From NCBI RefSeq assembly GCF_001078055.1, contig NZ_CP010777.1, positions 300,408 to 332,407 on the forward strand: a stretch of 32,000 nt of DNA. The letters run 5' to 3'. The notes under the pieces were generated by a model. It searched no databases. It was given only the letters and a program-made list of their open reading frames with translations, and was not told the DNA's origin. Numbering within the stretch: position 1 is the first letter of the stretch; every line of letters starts with the position of its first letter. Of this stretch, positions 1 through 8,181 are shown one piece after another. The position numbers and the translations under genes were made by a program. The DNA comes from Rufibacter radiotolerans. GTDB taxonomy: Bacteria; Bacteroidota; Bacteroidia; Cytophagales; Hymenobacteraceae.

Positions 1-534
1 GATAAAGCCCTGGCCTCTGCCAAAGAGAACGGCGGCTGCGCTATTTCTTCGGCTACCGCCGAGGTGGAACTGACCCGTATTGATGCCCCGGCCCATTACC
101 AGGAACTGCTGCAGAAAGCCAGCAACCACATCGGGCAGAACAACATGCCAGAGGCTGTGAAAGTGTACCAGGAGGCTGGCCGACATTTTGAGGCGAGGGA
201 AGTTTCCCGCTTTGGGCTGGGCCATGCGCCTTTGCTTGCCTACGCGCTGGGGCATGAGAACAAAGCCTTCGTGGCCGAGGTGGCCAAACACGCTGCCGCC
301 TCTGGAGACGCCACCGGGGCCATTGACCTGGTAAAACGCTTAGTGTCCTTAAAGTACTCCCGGTACAACCTGAACCAACTGCAGGAACAGATTGGCGAGC
401 AACTGGCCATCAAGGACGCACAGACCAACCCTAAAGCCAATTACAAAGCCCAGGCAGAAGCTTACACCGGCGGCTCCAAAGACCTCAAAAAGCTAAGAAA
501 AGCCTATGAAAAGAAATTCAAAAAACTAACTTAG
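1..534 (+). CDS. hypothetical protein, C-terminal part (ORF open at the left window edge)
   Basis: Frame 1 is open from nt 1 (DKALASAKENGG...) and continues through the listed 64..534 ORF to TAG at 532-534. The C-terminus is Lys-rich. A strong terminator hairpin follows. No family recognised. Confidence 0.6.
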   Translation, partial: DKALASAKENGGCAISSATAEVELTRIDAPAHYQELLQKASNHIGQNNMPEAVKVYQEAGRHFEAREVSRFGLGHAPLLAYALGHENKAFVAEVAKHAAASGDATGAIDLVKRLVSLKYSRYNLNQLQEQIGEQLAIKDAQTNPKANYKAQAEAYTGGSKDLKKLRKAYEKKFKKLT

Positions 535-543
535 GGGCTAAAA

Positions 544-585
544 CTGAATACGCCTCCCCAAATTCTGGGGAGGCGTATTCAGTTT
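544..585 (+). terminator. Rho-independent terminator
   Basis: Perfect 16-bp stem: ctgaatacgcctcccc (544-559) pairs with ggggaggcgtattcag (567-582). The loop is 7 nt (aaattct) and ttt follows. Confidence 0.8.
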
Positions 586-593
586 ATAAGAGG

Positions 594-638
594 CTTTGTT
601 TTAGGGCCGATTCCTTAAAAAGGGGCTGGAAACGGAAG
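594..638. repeat. degenerate copy of the dispersed palindromic element (copy M)
   Basis: Sequence ctttgttttagggccgattccttaaaaaggggctggaaacggaag resembles GTTTTGGGCC...GGCCCAAAAC. Only about 9 of 15 outer-arm positions still pair. It lies between convergent genes. Confidence 0.35.
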
Positions 639-640
639 AC

Positions 641-1579
641 CTACTGCTGCAGCAACTCGGCCAACATCCCTTCCTTCAAAGCATATGCAGAGACCCGTAT
701 CTTCTCCAGGTTGAATTTCTCCAGCGTCCAGTCAATGACCACGCTTGCCACCACAATCATGTCTACCCGCATGGCCAGCATGCCGGGTATAGCCAGACGC
801 TCAGCGCGGGTTTTATGGGTAAGTTCCTTGTGCTGCCGTTGGTAGGTAGTAAGCGCCAGGTTCATGTCTGGGGAACCTTCCAGATCACGCACAATACCTT
901 GGGCCGCCAGGTCCATGTCCACCAGGGTATCAAAGGTGCCCGAGGAGCCAATCAGGGTTTCGGGTTGGTGCTGGAGTACAGCTGCTGTGAGTTTCTGCAG
1001 GTGATCCTGCAGGTAATGCCGTAGGGCTTTTGCCTGGTCGGAGGTGATGGGTTGTTCCTGGTCTGGGTAGAATTTATCCAGAAGGCGCTGGGCCCCAATC
1101 TCGAAGCTTTTCTTCCAGAGAATGCCTTTATCCGTGCCTATGATGAACTCCACGCTGCCGCCGCCAATGTCCATGACCAGCACTGGTTTGGGGCCTACTT
1201 CCATAGCCAGTTGCACGCCTTTGAAAATGAGTTCGGCCTCCCGGGCCCCGGAGACAATCTCTACCTCAATACCCGTCTGGTCTTTGATGGCCTGCACCAC
1301 TTCCGCACCGTTTTTGGCATTGCGGAGGGCACTGGTAGCGGTAGCCTTGACCACGTCTACCTTATGCTCGGCCATTATCTCTTTGAACTCCCGCAGGGCT
1401 TTCAGGCCGCGCTCCCGGGCCTCAGGAGTGATTTCCCCTTTACTGATACCGCCTTCGCCCAACTTAACCGGCACTTTGGTTTTATACAGGGTCTGCTGCG
1501 CGCCTTCGGGGTCAAGGGCAACAATAAGCAAGTGAAAGGTATTGGTTCCAAGATCTATGAGAGCGTATCGGCGAGACAT
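641..1579 (-). CDS. Ppx/GppA family phosphatase (exopolyphosphatase-like)
   Basis: 312 aa. It has the N-terminal ASKHA-fold phosphate-1 motif ALIDLGTNTFHLLIV, then VMDIGGGSVEF and IGSSGTFDTL, which are typical of Ppx/GppA. Confidence 0.85.
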   Translation of the reverse strand: MSRRYALIDLGTNTFHLLIVALDPEGAQQTLYKTKVPVKLGEGGISKGEITPEARERGLKALREFKEIMAEHKVDVVKATATSALRNAKNGAEVVQAIKDQTGIEVEIVSGAREAELIFKGVQLAMEVGPKPVLVMDIGGGSVEFIIGTDKGILWKKSFEIGAQRLLDKFYPDQEQPITSDQAKALRHYLQDHLQKLTAAVLQHQPETLIGSSGTFDTLVDMDLAAQGIVRDLEGSPDMNLALTTYQRQHKELTHKTRAERLAIPGMLAMRVDMIVVASVVIDWTLEKFNLEKIRVSAYALKEGMLAELLQQ

Positions 1580-1631
1580 TTTGGTAATTAAGTATTAAGA
1601 ATTAGGAATTGAGGCAGAGGCAAATAAGATT

Positions 1632-1958
1632 CTATTGCCAATTACTTCCTCTAAAAATAAGAATCAGCACAGCTAATACGATATGTAACAAGACAATACT
1701 AATTATCACCTTCTTCTGTTTCTTGAAATCTTCAGTTAAATCAATAAAGAAACCATAAAGGGGATATTGAAGGATAGCAAGTATGATAAAAGGCGTAGTG
1801 ATTATTTTAAATAAAAGAATACTAATAAGTCCGAAAGGAAAGAGGACAATGGCTGGCTCATACCATCCATGTCCACCACCCGCAAGAAACAATGCGACCA
1901 ACACCAAAACTGGGGTCAAAAGTGTAAACCGCAAAGTCCACTTCCAATTACGCTGCAT
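1632..1958 (-). CDS. small hypothetical integral membrane protein
   Basis: 108 aa with about 3-4 hydrophobic spans (LLTPVLVLVALFLAGG, IVLFPFGLISILLF, FIILAILQYPLYGFFI, VIISIVLLHIVLAVLILIF). The gene has clearly lower GC than its neighbours. No family recognised. Confidence 0.6.
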   Translation of the reverse strand: MQRNWKWTLRFTLLTPVLVLVALFLAGGGHGWYEPAIVLFPFGLISILLFKIITTPFIILAILQYPLYGFFIDLTEDFKKQKKVIISIVLLHIVLAVLILIFRGSNWQ

Positions 1959-1980
1959 TCCTGTTTGTACAACAATTAAA

Positions 1981-2868
1981 CTACTTCTCAGAACTAAACC
2001 GGAAGAACGTGCCCAGCGGAAGTTTGCGGTGTCCGCGGTCTTCCAGGTAGAGTTCGCCTAGTTCCTCGTTCTGTACGGTCTTCCCGAAAGAGCCTCTAAC
2101 AAGGTTGTCCAGGATGAGCGCGGAGTAGCCCAGGGAGTAAAGGTTGATCACGAAGAAGTTGTTCTCTGGGTCCAGGAGCTGGGAGCAGAGCTTGATGAGT
2201 TCATTGATCTGTTCTTCCAGGAGCCATTTCTCGCCGTCGGGGCCGCGGCCGTAGGCGGGAGGGTCCAGGATAATGCCCTGGTATTTGTTGCCGCGTTTCA
2301 CTTCGCGGCGGGCGTATTTCATGGCGTCTTCTACAATCCACCGGATATTGTCCAGGTTGCTGGCTTCCATGTTTTCGCGGGCCCAGAAGTTGACTTGTTT
2401 CACAGAGTCAAGGTGGGTGACATCGGCACCGCCGGCATTGGCCGCCAGGGACGCGCCGCCGGTGTAGGCGAACATGTTCAACACCTTCGGCTTGCCGGGC
2501 AACGCGCGGGTGCGGTCATAGATAAACTGCCAGTTGGGGTCCTGCTCCGGGAACAGGCCCACATGCTTGAACGAGGACAAACCTAGACGGAAGCGTAGTT
2601 TCAGCTCATGATACCGGTAGTTGATGAACCACTGTTCGGCCATGCCTTTCTTAAGGGCCCACTGGCCTTTTTCGGCGTTTCCTTTCTCACGCCGGAACGT
2701 GGCCTGCGCCAGTCGGTCCCACTCCTGCTCAGAGAGGTGTTTGTCCCAGGCGGCCTGGGGTTCTGGACGGGCCAGCACGTAATCCCCGAAGCGCTCCAAC
2801 TTCTCAAAGTTACCGCAGTCTATCAGTTCATAATCGGTCCAGGCGCTGGTGGTCAGGAAAGAATACAT
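1981..2868 (-). CDS. class I SAM-dependent methyltransferase (RlmI/RlmK-like catalytic domain)
   Basis: 295 aa. SAM-binding motif I is VLNMFAYTGGASLAAN and motif IV is IILDPPAYGRGP. Confidence 0.8.
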   Translation of the reverse strand: MYSFLTTSAWTDYELIDCGNFEKLERFGDYVLARPEPQAAWDKHLSEQEWDRLAQATFRREKGNAEKGQWALKKGMAEQWFINYRYHELKLRFRLGLSSFKHVGLFPEQDPNWQFIYDRTRALPGKPKVLNMFAYTGGASLAANAGGADVTHLDSVKQVNFWARENMEASNLDNIRWIVEDAMKYARREVKRGNKYQGIILDPPAYGRGPDGEKWLLEEQINELIKLCSQLLDPENNFFVINLYSLGYSALILDNLVRGSFGKTVQNEELGELYLEDRGHRKLPLGTFFRFSSEK

Positions 2869-2958
2869 ATCTTTGTTATGGTTTCAGCTGGCAAAGGTAC
2901 GCAATTGGTATCACGTAGCGCGTATCAAGTAGTAAGACTTGGGTAGCCTGGAACCGGG

Positions 2959-2998
2959 CTGTTTTTGGCCTGATTTCCGGAAAACAGGACCAAAACAG
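2959..2998. repeat. dispersed palindromic element, copy A
   Basis: Sequence ctgtttttggcctgatttccggaaaacaggaccaaaacag. It is an imperfect inverted repeat in the divergent region between the methyltransferase and dapF. Confidence 0.7.
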
Positions 2999-3035
2999 AA
3001 GACCAACCCATCCAGCTTTTTACATCGTGCTACTT

Positions 3036-3077
3036 GATACCTGATACCTGATACCTGATACCCGATACCCGATACGC
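3036..3077 (+). repeat. tandem heptamer array (GATACNN x6)
   Basis: Units are gatacct gatacct gatacct gataccc gataccc gatacgc, then a partial atac. The array ends 7 nt before the dapF ATG at 3085. Confidence 0.9.
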
Positions 3078-3084
3078 ATACTAC

Positions 3085-3855
3085 ATGGATTTGACCTTTT
3101 ATAAATACCAGGGCACCGGCAATGACTTTGTGGTGCTGGATAACCGCTCCCAGGAAATCACGCTCACCCAGGAGCAGGTGGCTTTTCTCTGCGACCGCCG
3201 CAAAGGCGTGGGCGCCGACGGCCTGATGCTGCTGCAAAACAAGGAAGGATATGACTTTGAGATGGTCTACTACAACGCCGACGGCCGCGTGGGTTCTATG
3301 TGCGGGAACGGCGGGCGTTGCCTGGTGGCGTTTGTGCAGTTTATGGGCGTGGTAGAGAACGAAGCCTATTTCATTGCCTCAGACGGTCCGCATAAGGCAT
3401 ACCTGAAAGACGGGCTGGTGCACCTGCAGATGAAAGACGTAGACGCCATAGAGGACCTGGAGGAAGCCACGTTTATGAATACCGGCTCGCCGCATTACGT
3501 GAAGCAGGTAGAAGCACTCGCAGACCTGAACGTGTTCGCAGAGGGCCGTGCCATCCGTTACTCAGACCGCTTCAAGGCCGAGGGTACCAACGTGAACTTT
3601 GTGGAGCATCTGCCCCAGAACAAACTGTCGGTGCGCACCTATGAGCGGGGCGTAGAAGATGAGACCTTCTCCTGCGGAACCGGCGTGACCGCCTGCGCCC
3701 TGGCCGCCAGCCGGTCCGGTTATGAAAGCCCGGTGCCCATTAGCGTGTTGGGCGGCGAGCTGCAGGTAAGCTTTGAGAAGGAGGGAAGCGGTTTTAAAAA
3801 TGTCTTCCTTATCGGCCCGGCCGTGCAGGTGTTCAAAGGCGAAATTACCCTGTAG
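3085..3855 (+). CDS. dapF: diaminopimelate epimerase
   Basis: 256 aa. N-terminus is FYKYQGTGNDFVVLDN. Both catalytic Cys motifs are present: SMCGNGGRC and FSCGTGVTA. Confidence 0.93.
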   Translation: MDLTFYKYQGTGNDFVVLDNRSQEITLTQEQVAFLCDRRKGVGADGLMLLQNKEGYDFEMVYYNADGRVGSMCGNGGRCLVAFVQFMGVVENEAYFIASDGPHKAYLKDGLVHLQMKDVDAIEDLEEATFMNTGSPHYVKQVEALADLNVFAEGRAIRYSDRFKAEGTNVNFVEHLPQNKLSVRTYERGVEDETFSCGTGVTACALAASRSGYESPVPISVLGGELQVSFEKEGSGFKNVFLIGPAVQVFKGEITL

Positions 3856-3885
3856 TTTTAACGTAGCGGTTTAGCAGATCATCCT

Positions 3886-4695
3886 ATGGCCCTTCCTACC
3901 TGTTCTTTGATTGTTGCCACCTATAACTGGCCCGCGGCTTTGAATCTGTGTTTGCAGAGCGTGGCCCGGCAGGTGGTGTTGCCCAAAGAAGTGCTGGTAG
4001 CTGATGATGGCTCAAGTGAGGAGACCAGGTTGTTAATAGAGCGCTTGCAGAAAGACTTTCCGGTGCCGTTGATCCATGTGTGGCAACCCGACAACGGGTT
4101 CCAGAAAACCAAGATTCTGAACAAGGCCATCGCCCGCGCTAAAGAGCCTTATATTGTGCAGGTAGACGGCGACGTGATTCTGCACCCCAAGTTCATTAAA
4201 GACCATTTGACGCTAGCCGCCCCGGGGCGTTTTCTGGCCGGCGGCCGAATCAACCTCTCGGAGGAGAATACTAAGGAAGTGCTGGCCAACTCCACCGTTT
4301 TCTTCGGGCTGAAGGAGATCCTCAAGACCAGCAATCTTTTCAACGGCCTTCGGAGCGGTTTCCTGCGCCGCCTGCTGGCCGACCGCTACAAGTTAAAAGG
4401 CAAAAACAAGTACTACGCCAAGGGCTGCAACATGTCTTTCTGGCGCCAGGATCTGCTGCGCGTGAATGGCTACAATGAAAGCTATACCGGATGGGGCCCC
4501 GAGGACAGTGAACTGGCTGCCCGCCTCATGAATGCCGGCATCTTGAAAAGGTCTCTGAAGATGGGCGGCGTGCAATACCACCTGCACCACACCTATGTAG
4601 ACTCCAGCCGCAAGGCCATCAATGAGGAACTGTTGCGCACCACTATCCAGACCAACATCACCTACTGCGCACAAGGGCTAGACCAGTATTTGTAG
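3886..4695 (+). CDS. glycosyltransferase family 2 protein (with galactosyltransferase-like C-terminal region)
   Basis: 269 aa. Motifs are SLIVATYNWP, the GT-A motif VADDGSSEET and the DxD-like VDGDV. The C-terminal NGYNESYTGWGPEDSELAARL is typical of GT2 proteins carrying a Glyco_transf_7C-like tail. Confidence 0.85.
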   Translation: MALPTCSLIVATYNWPAALNLCLQSVARQVVLPKEVLVADDGSSEETRLLIERLQKDFPVPLIHVWQPDNGFQKTKILNKAIARAKEPYIVQVDGDVILHPKFIKDHLTLAAPGRFLAGGRINLSEENTKEVLANSTVFFGLKEILKTSNLFNGLRSGFLRRLLADRYKLKGKNKYYAKGCNMSFWRQDLLRVNGYNESYTGWGPEDSELAARLMNAGILKRSLKMGGVQYHLHHTYVDSSRKAINEELLRTTIQTNITYCAQGLDQYL

Positions 4696-4711
4696 GTTAG
4701 AAACGTAATTG

Positions 4712-4751
4712 GTGTTTTAGAGTCATTTTCCTGAGAACAGGCCCAAAACGG
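4712..4751. repeat. dispersed palindromic element, copy B (left arm decayed)
   Basis: Sequence gtgttttagagtcattttcctgagaacaggcccaaaacgg. The right arm matches the consensus exactly (aacaggcccaaaacg) and the left arm is degenerate. It lies 3' of the GT2 gene. Confidence 0.6.
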
Positions 4752-4883
4752 TTTCCAGGTGAATGCGGTTAAACGCTGAAAGGATCCTCTCTATCCATGG
4801 CAGAATAAAGAAAAGCAGTAGCTTGCACCCGGAGTGTGATTTCTGGAACTATCCCTCCCCATTCTTCTTTCGTAAAATACTTC

Positions 4884-5411
4884 ATGCTGCAAACAGACCG
4901 TATTTACCTGCGCGCCCCAGAGCCCTCAGACCTTGACTTTCTCTACCTCTTTGAGAATGACACGGCGCTCTGGCCGGTGAGTTTATCGGTGACGCCTTTC
5001 TCCCGGGAGGCGCTGCGGCAATACCTTGAAAACGCTACGCTAGACATTTACGCCGCCCGGCAACTCAGGCTCATGATCTGCCTGCAGGAAGAAGACACGG
5101 TGATGGGCTCTATAGACCTTTTTGACTTTGAGCCGCTGCACCAGCGGGCCGGGATTGGCATTGCCCTTACACCCAAATACCAGGGCAAAGGCTACGGCCA
5201 GGAGGCGCTGAAACTGTTGGAGACCTATTGCACGCAGGTGCTGCAACTTCACCAATTGTACTGTACCGTAACCCAGTCAAATGCCGGCAGCCTGCACCTG
5301 TTCCGCCAGGCTGGCTACCAAGAAATAGGGATAAGGAAAGAATGGCTTAAGACGCCGTCTGGCTGGCAAGATGTGGTGGAGTTTCAGAAGCTTTTATTCC
5401 AAACTAGGTAA
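4884..5411 (+). CDS. GNAT family N-acetyltransferase (RimJ/RimL-like)
   Basis: The acetyl-CoA binding motif is QRAGIGIALTPKYQGKGYGQEAL. I prefer the ATG at 4884 (MLQTDRIYLRAP) over the GTG at 4836 that the ORF track uses. Confidence 0.8.
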   Translation: MLQTDRIYLRAPEPSDLDFLYLFENDTALWPVSLSVTPFSREALRQYLENATLDIYAARQLRLMICLQEEDTVMGSIDLFDFEPLHQRAGIGIALTPKYQGKGYGQEALKLLETYCTQVLQLHQLYCTVTQSNAGSLHLFRQAGYQEIGIRKEWLKTPSGWQDVVEFQKLLFQTR

Positions 5412-5578
5412 TTCTATTTCTTAGTTGCACTATTCTTAGTGCCAACTCTACCAATGAATAATCTGCGACTTTATGTGCGCATTTATACGGTATTTTTCTG
5501 ATTCTGTCCTATTTACGGCCCATGTTGTATTAGAATATAGCCTTTTTCCTGAATTACACGTATGCTATGTTAACTATA

Positions 5579-5606
5579 AAAAGAGAAGCCTTCCCGCTTC
5601 TTTTTT
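5579..5606 (+). terminator. weak terminator-like hairpin with T-run, orphan position
   Basis: Stem agaagc (5584-5589) pairs with gcttct (5596-5601). The loop is cttccc, A/T extensions flank the stem, and the T-run is tttttt (5601-5606). It lies 168 nt past the GNAT stop and 34 nt before the ATG at 5640. Confidence 0.35.
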
Positions 5607-5639
5607 GGTGAACCCACACTTCATAACCGGCTTTCGTAT

Positions 5640-6923
5640 ATGTCTGAATTTGATTCTGATTTCATCCCCGGCGGGGGAGGAAACTTCTTGTCGTCTGAAC
5701 CAGAGGTAACTACTTCTACTTCGTACATTTCTTCAGTAACCAATACCCCAAAGGTGACCCCTAAACCTACTTCAGAAAGTAGCCTGGAGGCATTTCTTTC
5801 CTCCGTCTCCAGCATTGTTTGTTTCTCCCATTTACGTTGGGATTTTGTGTACCAGCGCCCGCAGCACTTGCTGTCACGTTTTGCCAAACACACCCATCTC
5901 TATTTCTTTGAAGAGCCGGTGTTCACAGATAATGCCATTCCGCGCCTGGAAACCCATTCCCGCGAAGATGGCCGCCTTACACTTATTGTAGCGCAATTGC
6001 CGCACGGCCTCACGCCGGAAGAATCAGACGCCAAGCAGATAGAACTGCTCAATGAGTTCATGGCCGCGCAAGATCTGGACAAAACCGTTTTCTGGTACTA
6101 TACGCCTATGGCCCTGGAGATTTCCCGCCACTTCACGCCGGCCTTAACCGTGTTTGACTGCATGGATGAACTCTCTGCCTTCAAATTTGCGCCGCCAAGG
6201 TTATTGGAACTGGAAACAGAGATGATGGCCAAGGCCGATGTGGTCTTTACCGGCGGGCAAAGCCTTTACGAAGCCAAAAAACACAGACATACCCAAATCC
6301 ATGCCTTCCCTAGCAGCATTGACAAAGCGCATTTCGCGCAGGCGCGCCAGCCGCAGGAAGACCCCGCCGACCAGGCCAATATCCCGTACCCGCGCATGGG
6401 CTTCTTTGGTGTGGTAGATGAGCGTTTTGACATTGAGTTGCTGCGTGAGGTAGCCACCTCGCGCCCGGAGTGGCAGTTCGTGATCATTGGGCCCGTGGTG
6501 AAAATAGATCCGGCCGTTTTGCCTAACAGCGCCAACATCCATTACCTGGGCGGCAAGTCTTACCAGGAACTGCCGGCCTACCTGGCAGGCTGGGATGTGG
6601 CCATGCTGCTGTTCGCGCACAATGAGTCCACCAGGTTCATCAGCCCCACCAAAACGCCTGAGTACCTGGCGGCCGGCAAACCGGTGGTTTCCACCTCTAT
6701 CAGAGACGTGGTGCGCCCATACGGTGAGCAGAACCTGGTACACATAGCAGACGGCGCCCCGGCGTTTGAGGCGGCAATTGAGAAAGCCCTCTTGCAGAAA
6801 GAGGATAAAACCTGGATGGCCCGCACAGATGAATTCCTGGCTGGCGTGTCCTGGGACAAAACCTGGCAAAATATGGTGCGCCACATGCAGGCCGTAAGCC
6901 AGGAGAAGAAAGGGAACGCCTAG
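5640..6923 (+). CDS. glycosyltransferase (GT-B fold, GT1/GT4-like), start codon uncertain
   Basis: 427 aa. The conserved core starts near VCFSHLRWDFVYQRPQHL (about nt 5817). The C-terminal half (FFGVVDERFD, ISPTKTPEYLAAGKPVVST) looks like a GT-B nucleotide-sugar binding domain. The first ~60 codons are Ser/Thr/Pro-rich with A/T-ending codons. An in-frame GTG at 5754 is an alternative start. Confidence 0.75.
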   Translation: MSEFDSDFIPGGGGNFLSSEPEVTTSTSYISSVTNTPKVTPKPTSESSLEAFLSSVSSIVCFSHLRWDFVYQRPQHLLSRFAKHTHLYFFEEPVFTDNAIPRLETHSREDGRLTLIVAQLPHGLTPEESDAKQIELLNEFMAAQDLDKTVFWYYTPMALEISRHFTPALTVFDCMDELSAFKFAPPRLLELETEMMAKADVVFTGGQSLYEAKKHRHTQIHAFPSSIDKAHFAQARQPQEDPADQANIPYPRMGFFGVVDERFDIELLREVATSRPEWQFVIIGPVVKIDPAVLPNSANIHYLGGKSYQELPAYLAGWDVAMLLFAHNESTRFISPTKTPEYLAAGKPVVSTSIRDVVRPYGEQNLVHIADGAPAFEAAIEKALLQKEDKTWMARTDEFLAGVSWDKTWQNMVRHMQAVSQEKKGNA

Positions 6924-6984
6924 TAAAACAGGTGCCCCACCTAAAAGAAAGACTGGAAAAGTAACTTTAAAATATTAGCAGACT

Positions 6985-8181
6985 ATGTTTGATTACCTGA
7001 TTGTAGGGGCCGGTTTTGCCGGCAGTGTACTGGCCGAGCGCCTGGCTACTTATTCCAATAAAAAAGTATTGATTATCGATAAGCGTCCGCATATTGCGGG
7101 GAACGCCTATGACCATTATAATGAAGACGGCATTCTGGTGCACAAGTACGGCCCACACATCTTCCACACCAATTCCAAGGATGTGTTTGAGTACCTGGGG
7201 CAGTTCACCGAGTGGCGCCCGTATGAGCACCGCGTATTGGCCAGCGTAGATGGCCAGCAAGTGCCTATGCCCATTAACCTTGACACCATTAACAAATTGT
7301 ACGGCTTAAGCCTTACCTCTTTTGAGTTAGATGAGTGGTTTGAATCGGTGGCCGAAACCGTGCCGGTGATCAAGACCTCTGAAGACGTGGTGGTGAGCAA
7401 AGTGGGCCGTGAGCTGTATGACAAGTTCTTCAAGAACTACACCCGCAAGCAGTGGGGCATGGACCCGTCTGAGCTGGATAAGTCAGTGACTTCAAGGGTA
7501 CCCACCCGCACGAACCGTGACGACCGTTACTTCACAGACACTTACCAGGCCATGCCGTTGCACGGCTTCACCAAGATGTTTGAGAAGATGCTGGATCACC
7601 CCAACATCAAGATCATGCTCAACACAGACTACCATGAAATCATTGACATGATCCCGTTCAAGGAGATGATTTACACTGGTCCGGTAGATGAGTACTTTGA
7701 CTTTAAGTTCGGCAAGCTGCCGTACCGCTCTCTGGAGTTCAAGCATGAGACCGTGAACAAGGAAGTGTTCCAGCCGGTGGCCGTAGTCAACTACCCTAAT
7801 GAGCAACTCTATACCCGCGTAACAGAATTCAAGTACCTGACCGGTCAGCAGCACCCTAAGACCAGCCTGGTATATGAATTCCCTAAAGCTGAGGGAGATC
7901 CGTATTACCCAGTGCCAAGACCTGAGAACGCTGAACTGTACAACCAGTACAAGAAACTGGCCGACAGTACCCCGGGTGTGCATTTCGTGGGTCGTTTGGC
8001 TACCTACAAATACTACAACATGGACCAGGTAGTGGCGCAGGCCCTTACCCTGCACAAGAAGTTAACCGAGAAAGATAAAGTGAGAGTGGCGGTGGTAGAT
8101 GGCCAGGATGTCTTGCCCAAAGTAGTGCGCGAGGCTTTAAATGGAAGTTCCACCAAACTCAGCACGAATGGCAAACATTAA
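6985..8181 (+). CDS. glf: UDP-galactopyranose mutase
   Basis: 398 aa. The FAD motif is YLIVGAGFAGSVLAERL. Also present are HKYGPHIFHT, FNYTRKQWG-like FKNYTRKQWG, and the C-terminal hallmark FVGRLATYKYYNMDQVVAQAL. Confidence 0.93.
   Translation: MFDYLIVGAGFAGSVLAERLATYSNKKVLIIDKRPHIAGNAYDHYNEDGILVHKYGPHIFHTNSKDVFEYLGQFTEWRPYEHRVLASVDGQQVPMPINLDTINKLYGLSLTSFELDEWFESVAETVPVIKTSEDVVVSKVGRELYDKFFKNYTRKQWGMDPSELDKSVTSRVPTRTNRDDRYFTDTYQAMPLHGFTKMFEKMLDHPNIKIMLNTDYHEIIDMIPFKEMIYTGPVDEYFDFKFGKLPYRSLEFKHETVNKEVFQPVAVVNYPNEQLYTRVTEFKYLTGQQHPKTSLVYEFPKAEGDPYYPVPRPENAELYNQYKKLADSTPGVHFVGRLATYKYYNMDQVVAQALTLHKKLTEKDKVRVAVVDGQDVLPKVVREALNGSSTKLSTNGKH

Noticed and set aside
2608-3237. ORFs 2608-2946 (+) and 2911-3237 (-), which span the methyltransferase/dapF divergent region.
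   Set aside because: They overlap the well-supported methyltransferase and dapF genes and run through the palindromic element and the heptamer array. They have no recognisable motifs.
5473-5893. ORFs of 78 aa (5473-5709, +) and 90 aa (5621-5893, -) in the AT-rich region.
   Set aside because: They overlap each other and the glycosyltransferase ORF, have odd composition and show no motifs. They are more likely chance ORFs in a non-coding or leader region.
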